From: a virus
Lineage: Duplodnaviria; Caudoviricetes
Virus record (IMG/VR): IMGVR_UViG_3300025372_000008
Span: 1 to 32,018 of that record
Strand: one strand, 5' to 3'
DNA length: 32,018 nt
The notes below the pieces were generated by a model that made no database searches, was not told the origin of the DNA, and saw nothing but the letters and a program-made list of their open reading frames with translations. Below are positions 17,726-24,502 of the stretch, piece by piece. Position 1 is the first letter of the stretch. The number at the start of each line of letters is the position of its first letter. Both the position numbers and the translations under genes were made by a program.

Positions 17726-18021
17726 AGGACTATCGGATGGGATTTCCTACCTGTTTGCATTCGATCGTTATTTAGAAAAACCTACTGGTAACCTTAAAAA
17801 TAGTCCTGATAGTCCTAGATGAATAGATAACTTACTGATGGTAAGCCGATTGAATGCAATGACGATGGTGCGGAAGCATAGTCCTGAAAAGGACTATGAT
17901 AGTCCTCAAAATAACCAAACCAAACCGACCCAGACCCTTTTGCCTCAGATCAATGGCTTTTTAGGACTATCGATAGTCCTCAGCTTTCGGAATTCCAAAG
18001 GGCGCGGGTGACAATAGTCCT
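17726..18021. repeat. Iteron-like cluster, 9 copies of ATAGTCCT/AGGACTAT; candidate replication origin
   Basis: Copies at 17726, 17800, 17809, 17878, 17890, 17899, 17963, 17973 and 18014 in both orientations. AT-rich surroundings, just downstream of the helicase. Confidence 0.75.
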
Positions 18022-18152
18022 TTGGATTTGGCCGCATAAAACCCAGAGACATAACCTCTGGTATAACAATCCAGAAGCCGATCGCTTTCTGATACATTTC
18101 GGTGAGCGCATCCTGCCAGAATAACTGCCATTAAAAGGAAAACCCTGTGCAT
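17967..18152 (-). CDS. Putative small lipoprotein, 61 aa
   Basis: MHRVFLLMAVILAG-C: basic N-terminus, hydrophobic stretch and lipobox. The 3' end overlaps the iterons. Confidence 0.5.
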   Translation of the reverse strand: MHRVFLLMAVILAGCAHRNVSESDRLLDCYTRGYVSGFYAAKSKGLLSPAPFGIPKAEDYR

Positions 18153-18195
18153 GGCCGGAACCTTGCACAGGGTGATCGAGGACGCTACCGGAAGA

Positions 18196-19299
18196 TCAAC
18201 TCACACGCCAGCGGCGTTCATTCTTCCCGCCGACACGCTCGAACTTGATCGTGCCCAAATCGTCACCGAACCGGAACACCCGACCATTGTACCTGGCAAA
18301 GAGCTTGGCCATCTTTGTCCTGGCAGTGGCATAGATCTCGAACTCCTTCGTCTCGCGGTCCACCTTCCCCTTGATCATCTCTTCAAAGAGACCCCGATCC
18401 CGGCAAATCCAGATCACCTCATCAAAGGAAATCCCCTCACGGCAGCGGAACTCCAGCCCATCGCGGAACACCCCGGCAGTCATCACCCGCACCAGCTCCA
18501 TCATGTCGGCAGCATCCGGATCACCGAACTCCTCACTCGTGGGCCGACGAAGCGGATCACCGAATCCCGAGAACTCCACGATCCCGCCGATCACATCCGC
18601 CCAATGCTCGAACCCCGCCAGCCGCGACGAGCACTTAGGACGCCCCGCCGCATCCCACGCCACCACCAACGACCAGAGAGCCGAGAGAATGCGGAACTGA
18701 ACCTCCGAACGCGCCAGATACTCGGCACCCATCGGGCGCTCGATCTTACGAGCCTGCGGATCCGCCTCCTTTTGGAACAGATCGATAAAAATACTCCTCC
18801 GAGCCAGATCAGCGGAACACTCCGCCTGATTCGCTGTGAGCAGGACCAGTGTCTGTTTGGAAATTTCGTGCTTCGTGGATGATCCCAGCCGCCGCACCGA
18901 CACCACCGAGGAAGTCAGGAACTGCTCCAGATACGACGAATCGACACGATCCTTCACATTGTCGAAGATGATTGAATCCGAACCCGCCAGCACCTCGGAA
19001 TCCAGCACCTTCTGAAGCTCCTCCTTCTCCTCCGGGAACGACCTCATCGATGCGTACCCTCGCACCGGGATTTCCACCACCATCGCCAGCAGCGACTTGC
19101 CAGCGGCAGGCCCGTTCGCGTTGAACACACACATCGGCAGCTGCGCCTGCTCCGGCAGCAAAGACGATGCAAACCGGCTCATCATCGCCGCGATCTGGCA
19201 CGAAAGCGACCGGCCTTGATCATCGGCGAATGGGAACTCCCGCAGGAAATCTTTCAGGAAGTCCACCGCCGCCTCCTTAGGCATCAAATCGTATGTCAT
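18196..19299 (-). CDS. Primase-associated helicase / P-loop NTPase (C-terminal part), 367 aa
   Basis: Walker A GPAAGKS, Walker B IIFDNV, R.LG, LTAN motif, DLARR arginine finger. Confidence 0.8.
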   Translation of the reverse strand: MTYDLMPKEAAVDFLKDFLREFPFADDQGRSLSCQIAAMMSRFASSLLPEQAQLPMCVFNANGPAAGKSLLAMVVEIPVRGYASMRSFPEEKEELQKVLDSEVLAGSDSIIFDNVKDRVDSSYLEQFLTSSVVSVRRLGSSTKHEISKQTLVLLTANQAECSADLARRSIFIDLFQKEADPQARKIERPMGAEYLARSEVQFRILSALWSLVVAWDAAGRPKCSSRLAGFEHWADVIGGIVEFSGFGDPLRRPTSEEFGDPDAADMMELVRVMTAGVFRDGLEFRCREGISFDEVIWICRDRGLFEEMIKGKVDRETKEFEIYATARTKMAKLFARYNGRVFRFGDDLGTIKFERVGGKNERRWRVS

Positions 19300-19541
19300 T
19301 TTTTTAAGTTTTTGGGATTGCCAGCGATACGACCCATGAGATCGAAAATAGCGGCGTAGGCCTCATCGCTAAAAGCTACCTCAAAAATTTTAGGGTTCTT
19401 TTTACCCCTAATAAATCTCAATACCCATTGGCCCCTTTTGCCATCACAAGGATCCGCATAACCAAACCATACAGTTCGATATTCGCGGCCTTTTTTCCAT
19501 GAATGACCGATGCAATTTAATTGAGCTCCTTTTGATTTCAT
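19296..19541 (-). CDS. Hypothetical protein, 81 aa, AT-richer than its flanks
   Basis: ATGA overlaps at both ends (MKSKGAQLNC...). Confidence 0.6.
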   Translation of the reverse strand: MKSKGAQLNCIGHSWKKGREYRTVWFGYADPCDGKRGQWVLRFIRGKKNPKIFEVAFSDEAYAAIFDLMGRIAGNPKNLKK

Positions 19542-19711
19542 AGCGCCTCGATCGACCGTTTCCATTTCTGGATCTCCACTTGGCATTCAGCGGTTCCGAC
19601 CTCATGGCCGCGCTTGAATCCCTCCTTCACCCGCTGCTCCACGGTGGGCAGCGTCCCATCCTCATTCAGAAAACGGATGCCTTCCGAGTTCCAGTATTCT
19701 TCCGGTGTCAT
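19538..19711 (-). CDS. Hypothetical protein, 57 aa (MTPEEYWNSEG...)
   Basis: AGGAGG Shine-Dalgarno upstream; ATGA overlaps at both ends. Confidence 0.65.
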   Translation of the reverse strand: MTPEEYWNSEGIRFLNEDGTLPTVEQRVKEGFKRGHEVGTAECQVEIQKWKRSIEAL

Positions 19712-19848
19712 TGTTTCTTTCCTCCTTCTTTGTTTGTTTTGTTCTTCCAGTTGATGTCCGCTTAGTTTTTGCGGAACTTCTCTGAAAAATTATTTCGGGG
19801 TGCATCCCCCTTGCCATAGGGGGGGGTCTTTTTATTGGGATCCTTCAT
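19708..19848 (-). pseudogene. Small GKGDxPR-motif phage protein with an in-frame TAA at codon 29
   Basis: MKDPNKKTPPYGKGDAPRNNFSEKFRKN*ADINWKNKTNKEGGKKQ; the frame continues to an ATGA overlap with the next gene. Confidence 0.5.
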
Positions 19849-19852
19849 CGTT

Positions 19853-20386
19853 TCACTCCTTCACCAGGATCTTTGTTTCGGCGTCATAGCCGGGGCCTTG
19901 CAATGTCAGCCTTCCCTCCTTGAAAATCGGAACAGGGATCCGGGAGATCCGGCGCAGCGGACGTTGCAGCTCGCGGAACTGGTGACTCGTCAGCACCGCC
20001 TCCGCTTGCATCTTGTTCATCGAGTCCGGACGATAGACATACTCCACCGAGAAGCTTCCATCGGGATTCGACCGCTGCACCTTGCACATCTTCACCGTCC
20101 GGAGAGACTTCTCCGCGTAGGTGCGGAAGCAGGCCGCCGAGAGAGGAGCCATCCGGTCCGTCTTCGGTTCCAGCACGACCGGCTCCCCATCTTGCAGATA
20201 CACCCCGTTCGTTCGCAGGATCAGACCCATATCATGGGCAAATTCCGCGAGCACTCTGCCCACACGGGGCAGCTCCACCTCGGGATAGATCGTTTCTTCG
20301 GGCCGCTTCGCCGGATCCGAGGACCTCTCGGGGGCGGGTGGCACGGGCTCGTCAGAGGACGCGCCCAGCATTGGTTCATCAGTCAT
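19853..20386 (-). CDS. Replication protein, probable N-terminal part of the helicase, 177 aa
   Basis: Ends in G.L....PGYDAETKIL, a motif that normally precedes the L.EFPF segment found at the start of 18196-19299. Confidence 0.6.
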   Translation of the reverse strand: MTDEPMLGASSDEPVPPAPERSSDPAKRPEETIYPEVELPRVGRVLAEFAHDMGLILRTNGVYLQDGEPVVLEPKTDRMAPLSAACFRTYAEKSLRTVKMCKVQRSNPDGSFSVEYVYRPDSMNKMQAEAVLTSHQFRELQRPLRRISRIPVPIFKEGRLTLQGPGYDAETKILVKE

Positions 20387-20429
20387 CGGTAGTCAGAAAA
20401 GTGTGTCAATTCCAGAGGCCTGAACGGGT

Positions 20430-21632
20430 TCAGCGCCTCATATCGGCCAGAGTCGAGATGTCCCGCTCCAGCTCCGCGATCATCTTGGAGAATCTCGGAT
20501 TGCAGACCGCGTAATAGCGCAGCCGATCGGCAGCTGCACACATCGTGTCGAAGTCCTCCCCATGGATCGCCACCTGGGCAGCACACACCGCATCAGCCAG
20601 AGCATCCCGCTTCGGGGGCAGATCGATCAGCCTCTCTCCGAATGGAGGGATCGGATTTACATAGAGCAGCTTCTGAAGCCGTTCCTTACCACTTTCACCA
20701 CGCCACTGCTGCGGCAGACGGGTCAGGCGCACCGCAGTCAGCGCTTTCGGATCGGCACCGAGACGGGCGAGGGGAGCCTTCATCGATCGCGCCCAGGCAT
20801 CCCACTCCTCCTTCGAGGTAGGCCCCGAGAGACGGGACATCCCGCTCCCGGTGCCAGGGACACGGATCAGCGCATGGACAGACCGGCCACCGGACGAGTA
20901 GATCGCCGAGATCGGCAGCGTCGATTTAGCCAGGGCCGCCAGCCAGAGGGATGAATCCGCCTCATCTGATTCCAGCAGGGCGAACTTCCACCTCGTCACC
21001 GACTCCTCCGACCGGCGCGACATCTTCCCCGTGCGCGGATTCGGATACTCACGGCCATCGACCGGATTGGCAAGATACCACATCCCCTCCGGGCCACAGG
21101 TGGGCAGCGGTTCATCTGGCCAGAGAGCCTGACCCTGCGACCGGCTATCGTTGAAGATCAGCACCTTCTCCCCGGCATAGAGGAGAGCAAGGAAATCCTC
21201 CGAGGATGTCACCGCAGGATCGGCATACGACCGAGCCGCGAACCAATCCAGCCGGGGGCGGAAATCCCCAGCCGCACGGGAGAGCGCATCAGGATCGAAC
21301 TCCACCTTCTCCACCTTCGGGATTGGCTTATATTCGGCAGCCCTCGACTCTCGACCCTCGACCCTCGACTCCAGAAGATAGCCGGTCCCTCGAGGCGAGT
21401 GCGAGTTGGCCGCGCTCCGCAGCTTATAGGCCAGATCACGATCCGACCACGGCGGCGCACAGCGCCGATTGTACTCCTGCATCAGCGCCATCGCATCGCC
21501 TTCACCCAGGGCGAATCCATGCACCAGAGCGCAGGCCACCGCATAGGTCGCATCATGGCCACCCGATCCGGAGACAGCGGCATCCATCCGGGCGATGTAT
21601 CGTGACGCCCGTTCTGTGATTGAAACGGGCAT
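20430..21632 (-). CDS. DNA primase (PriCT-like N-terminal domain plus AEP/RepB-like catalytic domain), 400 aa
   Basis: SGSGGH..T...A..LV.GF.L and N..C.PPWS..L..K..SA; catalytic LLESD, SGGRSVHAL and RLTRLP motifs. Confidence 0.8.
   Translation of the reverse strand: MPVSITERASRYIARMDAAVSGSGGHDATYAVACALVHGFALGEGDAMALMQEYNRRCAPPWSDRDLAYKLRSAANSHSPRGTGYLLESRVEGRESRAAEYKPIPKVEKVEFDPDALSRAAGDFRPRLDWFAARSYADPAVTSSEDFLALLYAGEKVLIFNDSRSQGQALWPDEPLPTCGPEGMWYLANPVDGREYPNPRTGKMSRRSEESVTRWKFALLESDEADSSLWLAALAKSTLPISAIYSSGGRSVHALIRVPGTGSGMSRLSGPTSKEEWDAWARSMKAPLARLGADPKALTAVRLTRLPQQWRGESGKERLQKLLYVNPIPPFGERLIDLPPKRDALADAVCAAQVAIHGEDFDTMCAAADRLRYYAVCNPRFSKMIAELERDISTLADMRR
21341..21372. repeat. Heptamer repeat (CCCTCGA/CTCTCGA x4) in the primase linker
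   Basis: Read directly; encodes ESRVEGRESR. Confidence 0.8.
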
Positions 21633-22114
21633 CAGCGGGAGGCTGTTAGCGGTTTAGGCTGAAGGCTTTTAGCTGACGGACTGCAATCTAAAATCGCTGC
21701 GTTAATCGACTTGGCATTACCAAGAAAAAAACGAGCATCCTTGTAGCTATCCCATACAACTATCCAAGACTGTGCATGGATGCTATATATCGGATAAATT
21801 GGCCTCATCAGTAATCCAAATGCCGGAGGAAACGACCCGTCATAATTTGAACTTATAAAAACAATCTTACCCTCTGCGTTTTTATAAAACTCAACATGAT
21901 CAACTGATGATCCCTCTATATCATGCGCTGTTTTTAACACTAACTGCCTTAGAGATAGGGAAATGTGCTTCTTTGTTAGTTTGTATTCCTTTAAAAGCCT
22001 TTTCCTGTTTTTAAAAACAACATCCCAAGAGCTTTGTTCAATTTGTGAAAACCTATTAATGCATTCTTTAAATACATTTCCCGTCTCACGATGGAAAATA
22101 TCTAAAGGGCTCAT
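21632..22114 (-). CDS. Hypothetical protein, 160 aa, markedly AT-rich
   Basis: Coupled by overlaps at both ends; base composition visibly differs from its neighbours. Confidence 0.7.
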   Translation of the reverse strand: MSPLDIFHRETGNVFKECINRFSQIEQSSWDVVFKNRKRLLKEYKLTKKHISLSLRQLVLKTAHDIEGSSVDHVEFYKNAEGKIVFISSNYDGSFPPAFGLLMRPIYPIYSIHAQSWIVVWDSYKDARFFLGNAKSINAAILDCSPSAKSLQPKPLTASR

Positions 22115-22590
22115 TTCGCCTCCTCCCCGAGCAGGTGATCGTAGAACTCCACCATCGGTCGCAGCAGCTCCGCTGCCTTGCGCTTTTGAACGTCATTCCA
22201 CTTGGGGAACTCAGGAGCCATCTTGCGGGTCCAAATGGAAAACCACTGATGAATCCCTTCGATGGTAACCAATGCCTTCCCCTTACCTAATCCTTCATTA
22301 AGCTTTGGCTTCTCCTCCGCCGGGGGCAGGCCAAGCTGAAGCTGAAGCTGGGAATCGATCTGGTCGATCGTATCCTCGACGAATTCCTCGCCATAAGCCT
22401 TCTCCCCATACTCCACCCACTGCCGCATCCAGAGCGACGAGCACTTTTTGGCCACGCGGATCCGGTATCCGATCTCAAAGTATTCCTGACCAGAGAGCAC
22501 CTCCGGCAGCACCAGCCCATCCGGGCGAAAATACCCCGCAGGCGTCATCTCTGTGGAGGTCACTCCCTCCTGTTCGATTTCCAATGTCAT
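22111..22590 (-). CDS. Protein with an LmbU-like N-terminal domain, 159 aa
   Basis: GL.LP..LS..EY..IG..I......S.LW...W..YGE..YGE pattern; AGGAGG upstream. Confidence 0.55.
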   Translation of the reverse strand: MTLEIEQEGVTSTEMTPAGYFRPDGLVLPEVLSGQEYFEIGYRIRVAKKCSSLWMRQWVEYGEKAYGEEFVEDTIDQIDSQLQLQLGLPPAEEKPKLNEGLGKGKALVTIEGIHQWFSIWTRKMAPEFPKWNDVQKRKAAELLRPMVEFYDHLLGEEAK

Positions 22591-22618
22591 CGTTGTTTTT
22601 CCTCCTAGTTAATTGCCG

Positions 22619-23116
22619 CTAGGCTCCCCGGCGGCGGTTGAGTTGAGCCTCCCGAAATGTTTCCCGACTGCTCTCCGACTTGCGGAACTTCGTCACCACC
22701 ACGCCTAAGATGTCTGCAAATGCGACGACGTAATGACTTACCAATGCTCGTGTAACTCCAAATTCTCGCGCTATCTCCGCTTGAGATTTCCTCCCATTCA
22801 ACTCATCTAACCCGGCACAAAGAGCGAGGGCTTGAGCCTGCACCCCAAGATTCTGGCCCGTAAGTAAGGAGGCGATCACGCGACCAAAAGCCTCGCGATG
22901 CTTTCCGGCGACCTTCTGGCATTCCTCCTCATGCCATGCCTTCACACGGAGCGCGGCAGCAGGGGTGATTCCGAGCAGATCGGCGAGGATCTCCTCCTCA
23001 CGATCAATCTCGGACGCCATATCCGGCTCGTAGGCCTTCTCGAACGAATCGCCCACCCAGGCACGGAATGCACCATCGGGCGACGCGGAGACACCGCTAG
23101 TATGTGGGAACATCAT
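22619..23116 (-). CDS. HTH DNA-binding protein (sigma region-4-like), candidate late activator, 165 aa
   Basis: C-terminal KSQAEIAREFGVTRALVSHY helix-turn-helix. Confidence 0.65.
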   Translation of the reverse strand: MMFPHTSGVSASPDGAFRAWVGDSFEKAYEPDMASEIDREEEILADLLGITPAAALRVKAWHEEECQKVAGKHREAFGRVIASLLTGQNLGVQAQALALCAGLDELNGRKSQAEIAREFGVTRALVSHYVVAFADILGVVVTKFRKSESSRETFREAQLNRRRGA

Positions 23117-23442
23117 ATCGTTTTTGGGTTCAGACCGAAGGACGTGCGGATCCGGCAGGCCTTATTGCCCGTCAGATCACAGAGAAGCTGGAGACCGGAA
23201 CCCTTGATGAACTTCAGAAGATCGTAGACCTCCGAGGCCGAGATCATCCCGTCCACATGGTTGATCGCGTAGTTCGCATCGCGGCAGCGGCTATACCGGC
23301 GACGCCCCACCTGGGCGACATCGGCAGGCTCCCCCTTGATCACGATACCTTTGCGTTCAAAAATCCGGTAATCATCCACCGCCTGCTGGATCACAGCAGA
23401 GAGCAGACCCACCAGCGCATCATCCTCGGTCGTTTGCTTCAT
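23113..23442 (-). CDS. Hypothetical phage protein, 109 aa
   Basis: L..AVI.QAV.DY motif recurrent in phage early-region proteins; ATGA coupling. Confidence 0.65.
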   Translation of the reverse strand: MKQTTEDDALVGLLSAVIQQAVDDYRIFERKGIVIKGEPADVAQVGRRRYSRCRDANYAINHVDGMISASEVYDLLKFIKGSGLQLLCDLTGNKACRIRTSFGLNPKTI

Positions 23443-23624
23443 CGGATGTTCATCGCCTCCTGCTTGCGGTTCTCCATCCGGATCGACTTCGCCTTCGACG
23501 AGCGACGCAGGCCGGAAACGGCACCCCCGCGCTTCCCGAGGAACGAGCAGGCCGCATACCAGTCGCAGCCATGATCACGCATCACCGAGCGCACCTTGAG
23601 TTCCCATCCGAGACGCTTATTCAT
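23439..23624 (-). CDS. Basic hypothetical protein, 61 aa (MNKRLGWELK...)
   Basis: GGAGG upstream; overlaps its neighbours. Confidence 0.6.
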   Translation of the reverse strand: MNKRLGWELKVRSVMRDHGCDWYAACSFLGKRGGAVSGLRRSSKAKSIRMENRKQEAMNIR

Positions 23625-23829
23625 GGACACCTCCCGCGTGGGTGATCTCCTCGAGCCGGGACATCGGACGCACATCGAGATGCGCCAGCGCCTTCCAGCA
23701 CTGCTCCTCCTGATGACCATGCATCGGGCAGAGATGACGCGGCCCTACGACCACGCAAGCGATATCCTCGCACCCATCTTCTTCGCACCGGGCGAATATC
23801 CCGGTGGCGGATCGCAGCACGCCGATCAT
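23617..23829 (-). CDS. Small Cys/His (zinc-finger-like) protein, 70 aa
   Basis: CEEDGC...LCPMH; GGAGG Shine-Dalgarno and ATGA overlap. Confidence 0.6.
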   Translation of the reverse strand: MIGVLRSATGIFARCEEDGCEDIACVVVGPRHLCPMHGHQEEQCWKALAHLDVRPMSRLEEITHAGGVHE

Positions 23830-23918
23830 CGCCCACCTCCCTTTCGCAGGAAATCCCATCCGATGACAAAAAGCGTCACCGCTGCAAGTCCGACATAGAA
23901 ACGTCCCCAGTCGCTCAT
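23826..23918 (-). CDS. 30-aa membrane peptide MSDWGRFYVGLAAVTLFVIGWDFLRKGGGR
   Basis: GGAGG upstream; ATGA overlaps on both sides; one hydrophobic helix. Confidence 0.6.
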   Translation of the reverse strand: MSDWGRFYVGLAAVTLFVIGWDFLRKGGGR

Positions 23919-24130
23919 GCGGCACCTCCCATGATCTGATCGATCACCGAGCCGACCTTCGGCTTACTGGGAGAGGAGGGGTAGACCGTCGAACGGATCT
24001 TCAGACCCGTGGAACGCTGGAGGGATGCCTTCTCCCATCCCGTCACACGGGAATACCAGCTCCAGATCCGCCGACAGATCGAGGGACGAAGGGATGCCAA
24101 GGCAGCATCCAGGCAGGGATCCGTGCTCAC
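23915..24130 (-). CDS. Hypothetical protein, 71 aa (GTG start)
   Basis: GGAGG upstream; GTGA and ATGA overlaps. Confidence 0.55.
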   Translation of the reverse strand: MSTDPCLDAALASLRPSICRRIWSWYSRVTGWEKASLQRSTGLKIRSTVYPSSPSKPKVGSVIDQIMGGAA

Positions 24131-24234
24131 CTGCCACCTCCGATCTTGGAAAGCAATCCGGCCAGAAGACCGGCACACTCCTCACGCCCGATCAGAAGGA
24201 TCAGCGCCATCACGCCAAAAAAGAGCGCGATCAT
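24127..24234 (-). CDS. 35-aa membrane peptide MIALFFGVMALILLIGREEC...
   Basis: GGAGG 7 nt upstream; coupled at both ends. Confidence 0.55.
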   Translation of the reverse strand: MIALFFGVMALILLIGREECAGLLAGLLSKIGGGR

Positions 24235-24404
24235 CGGGAACCTCCCAAGGCTTGCGCCTGTGCTGTAATTCCTGCACACTGCCCGTCCAATCGATGAAAA
24301 ACTACAGCTCCAAATTCCCCACAATTTGTGGAACTTGTGTGGAACCGAGTTGTAAATCGTTGATTTAGACTAGAATAAACTACCCTGTGGTGTAACGGTA
24401 ACAT
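24231..24404 (-). CDS. 57-aa ORF starting at the attP core (MLPLHHRVVYSS...)
   Basis: A/C-rich leader like that of the capsid gene; ends in an ATGA overlap with the next gene. Confidence 0.45.
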   Translation of the reverse strand: MLPLHHRVVYSSLNQRFTTRFHTSSTNCGEFGAVVFHRLDGQCAGITAQAQALGGSR

Positions 24405-24493
24405 TGTTTTGGATGGTTTTGGTGTTGGTTTCTCTCTGTAGGGTTTGTTTTTTTTTACTTTTTCTCTCTCTTTTGTGTGGAACTATGTGGAAC
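24327..24493. other. attP: attP: tRNA-like core at 24381-24403 flanked by two pairs of TGTGGAAC arm-type repeats
   Basis: TGTGGAAC at 24327, 24338, 24476 and 24486. Core TACCCTGTGGTGTAACGGTAACA resembles the acceptor stem plus D-arm of tRNA-Gln; adjacent to int. Confidence 0.75.
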
Positions 24494-24502
24494 TCTTGAT
24501 TC

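Noticed and set aside
17726-18021. CRISPR array
   Set aside because: Repeats are 8 bp, in both orientations and irregularly spaced; no cas genes.
19762-19764. Genome-wide stop-codon reassignment
   Set aside because: TAA, TAG and TGA all end well-supported genes, and the large genes are intact in the standard code.
19300-19852. Group I/II intron interrupting the helicase
   Set aside because: The gap is filled by coupled small ORFs, with no recognisable catalytic core or homing endonuclease motif.
22333-22351. AAGCTG x3 as another heptamer tract
   Set aside because: Period 6 and in frame (QLQLQL); explained by the protein sequence.
24381-24460. Complete tRNA gene
   Set aside because: Only the first 23 nt are tRNA-like; no anticodon arm, T-arm or 3' acceptor strand follows.
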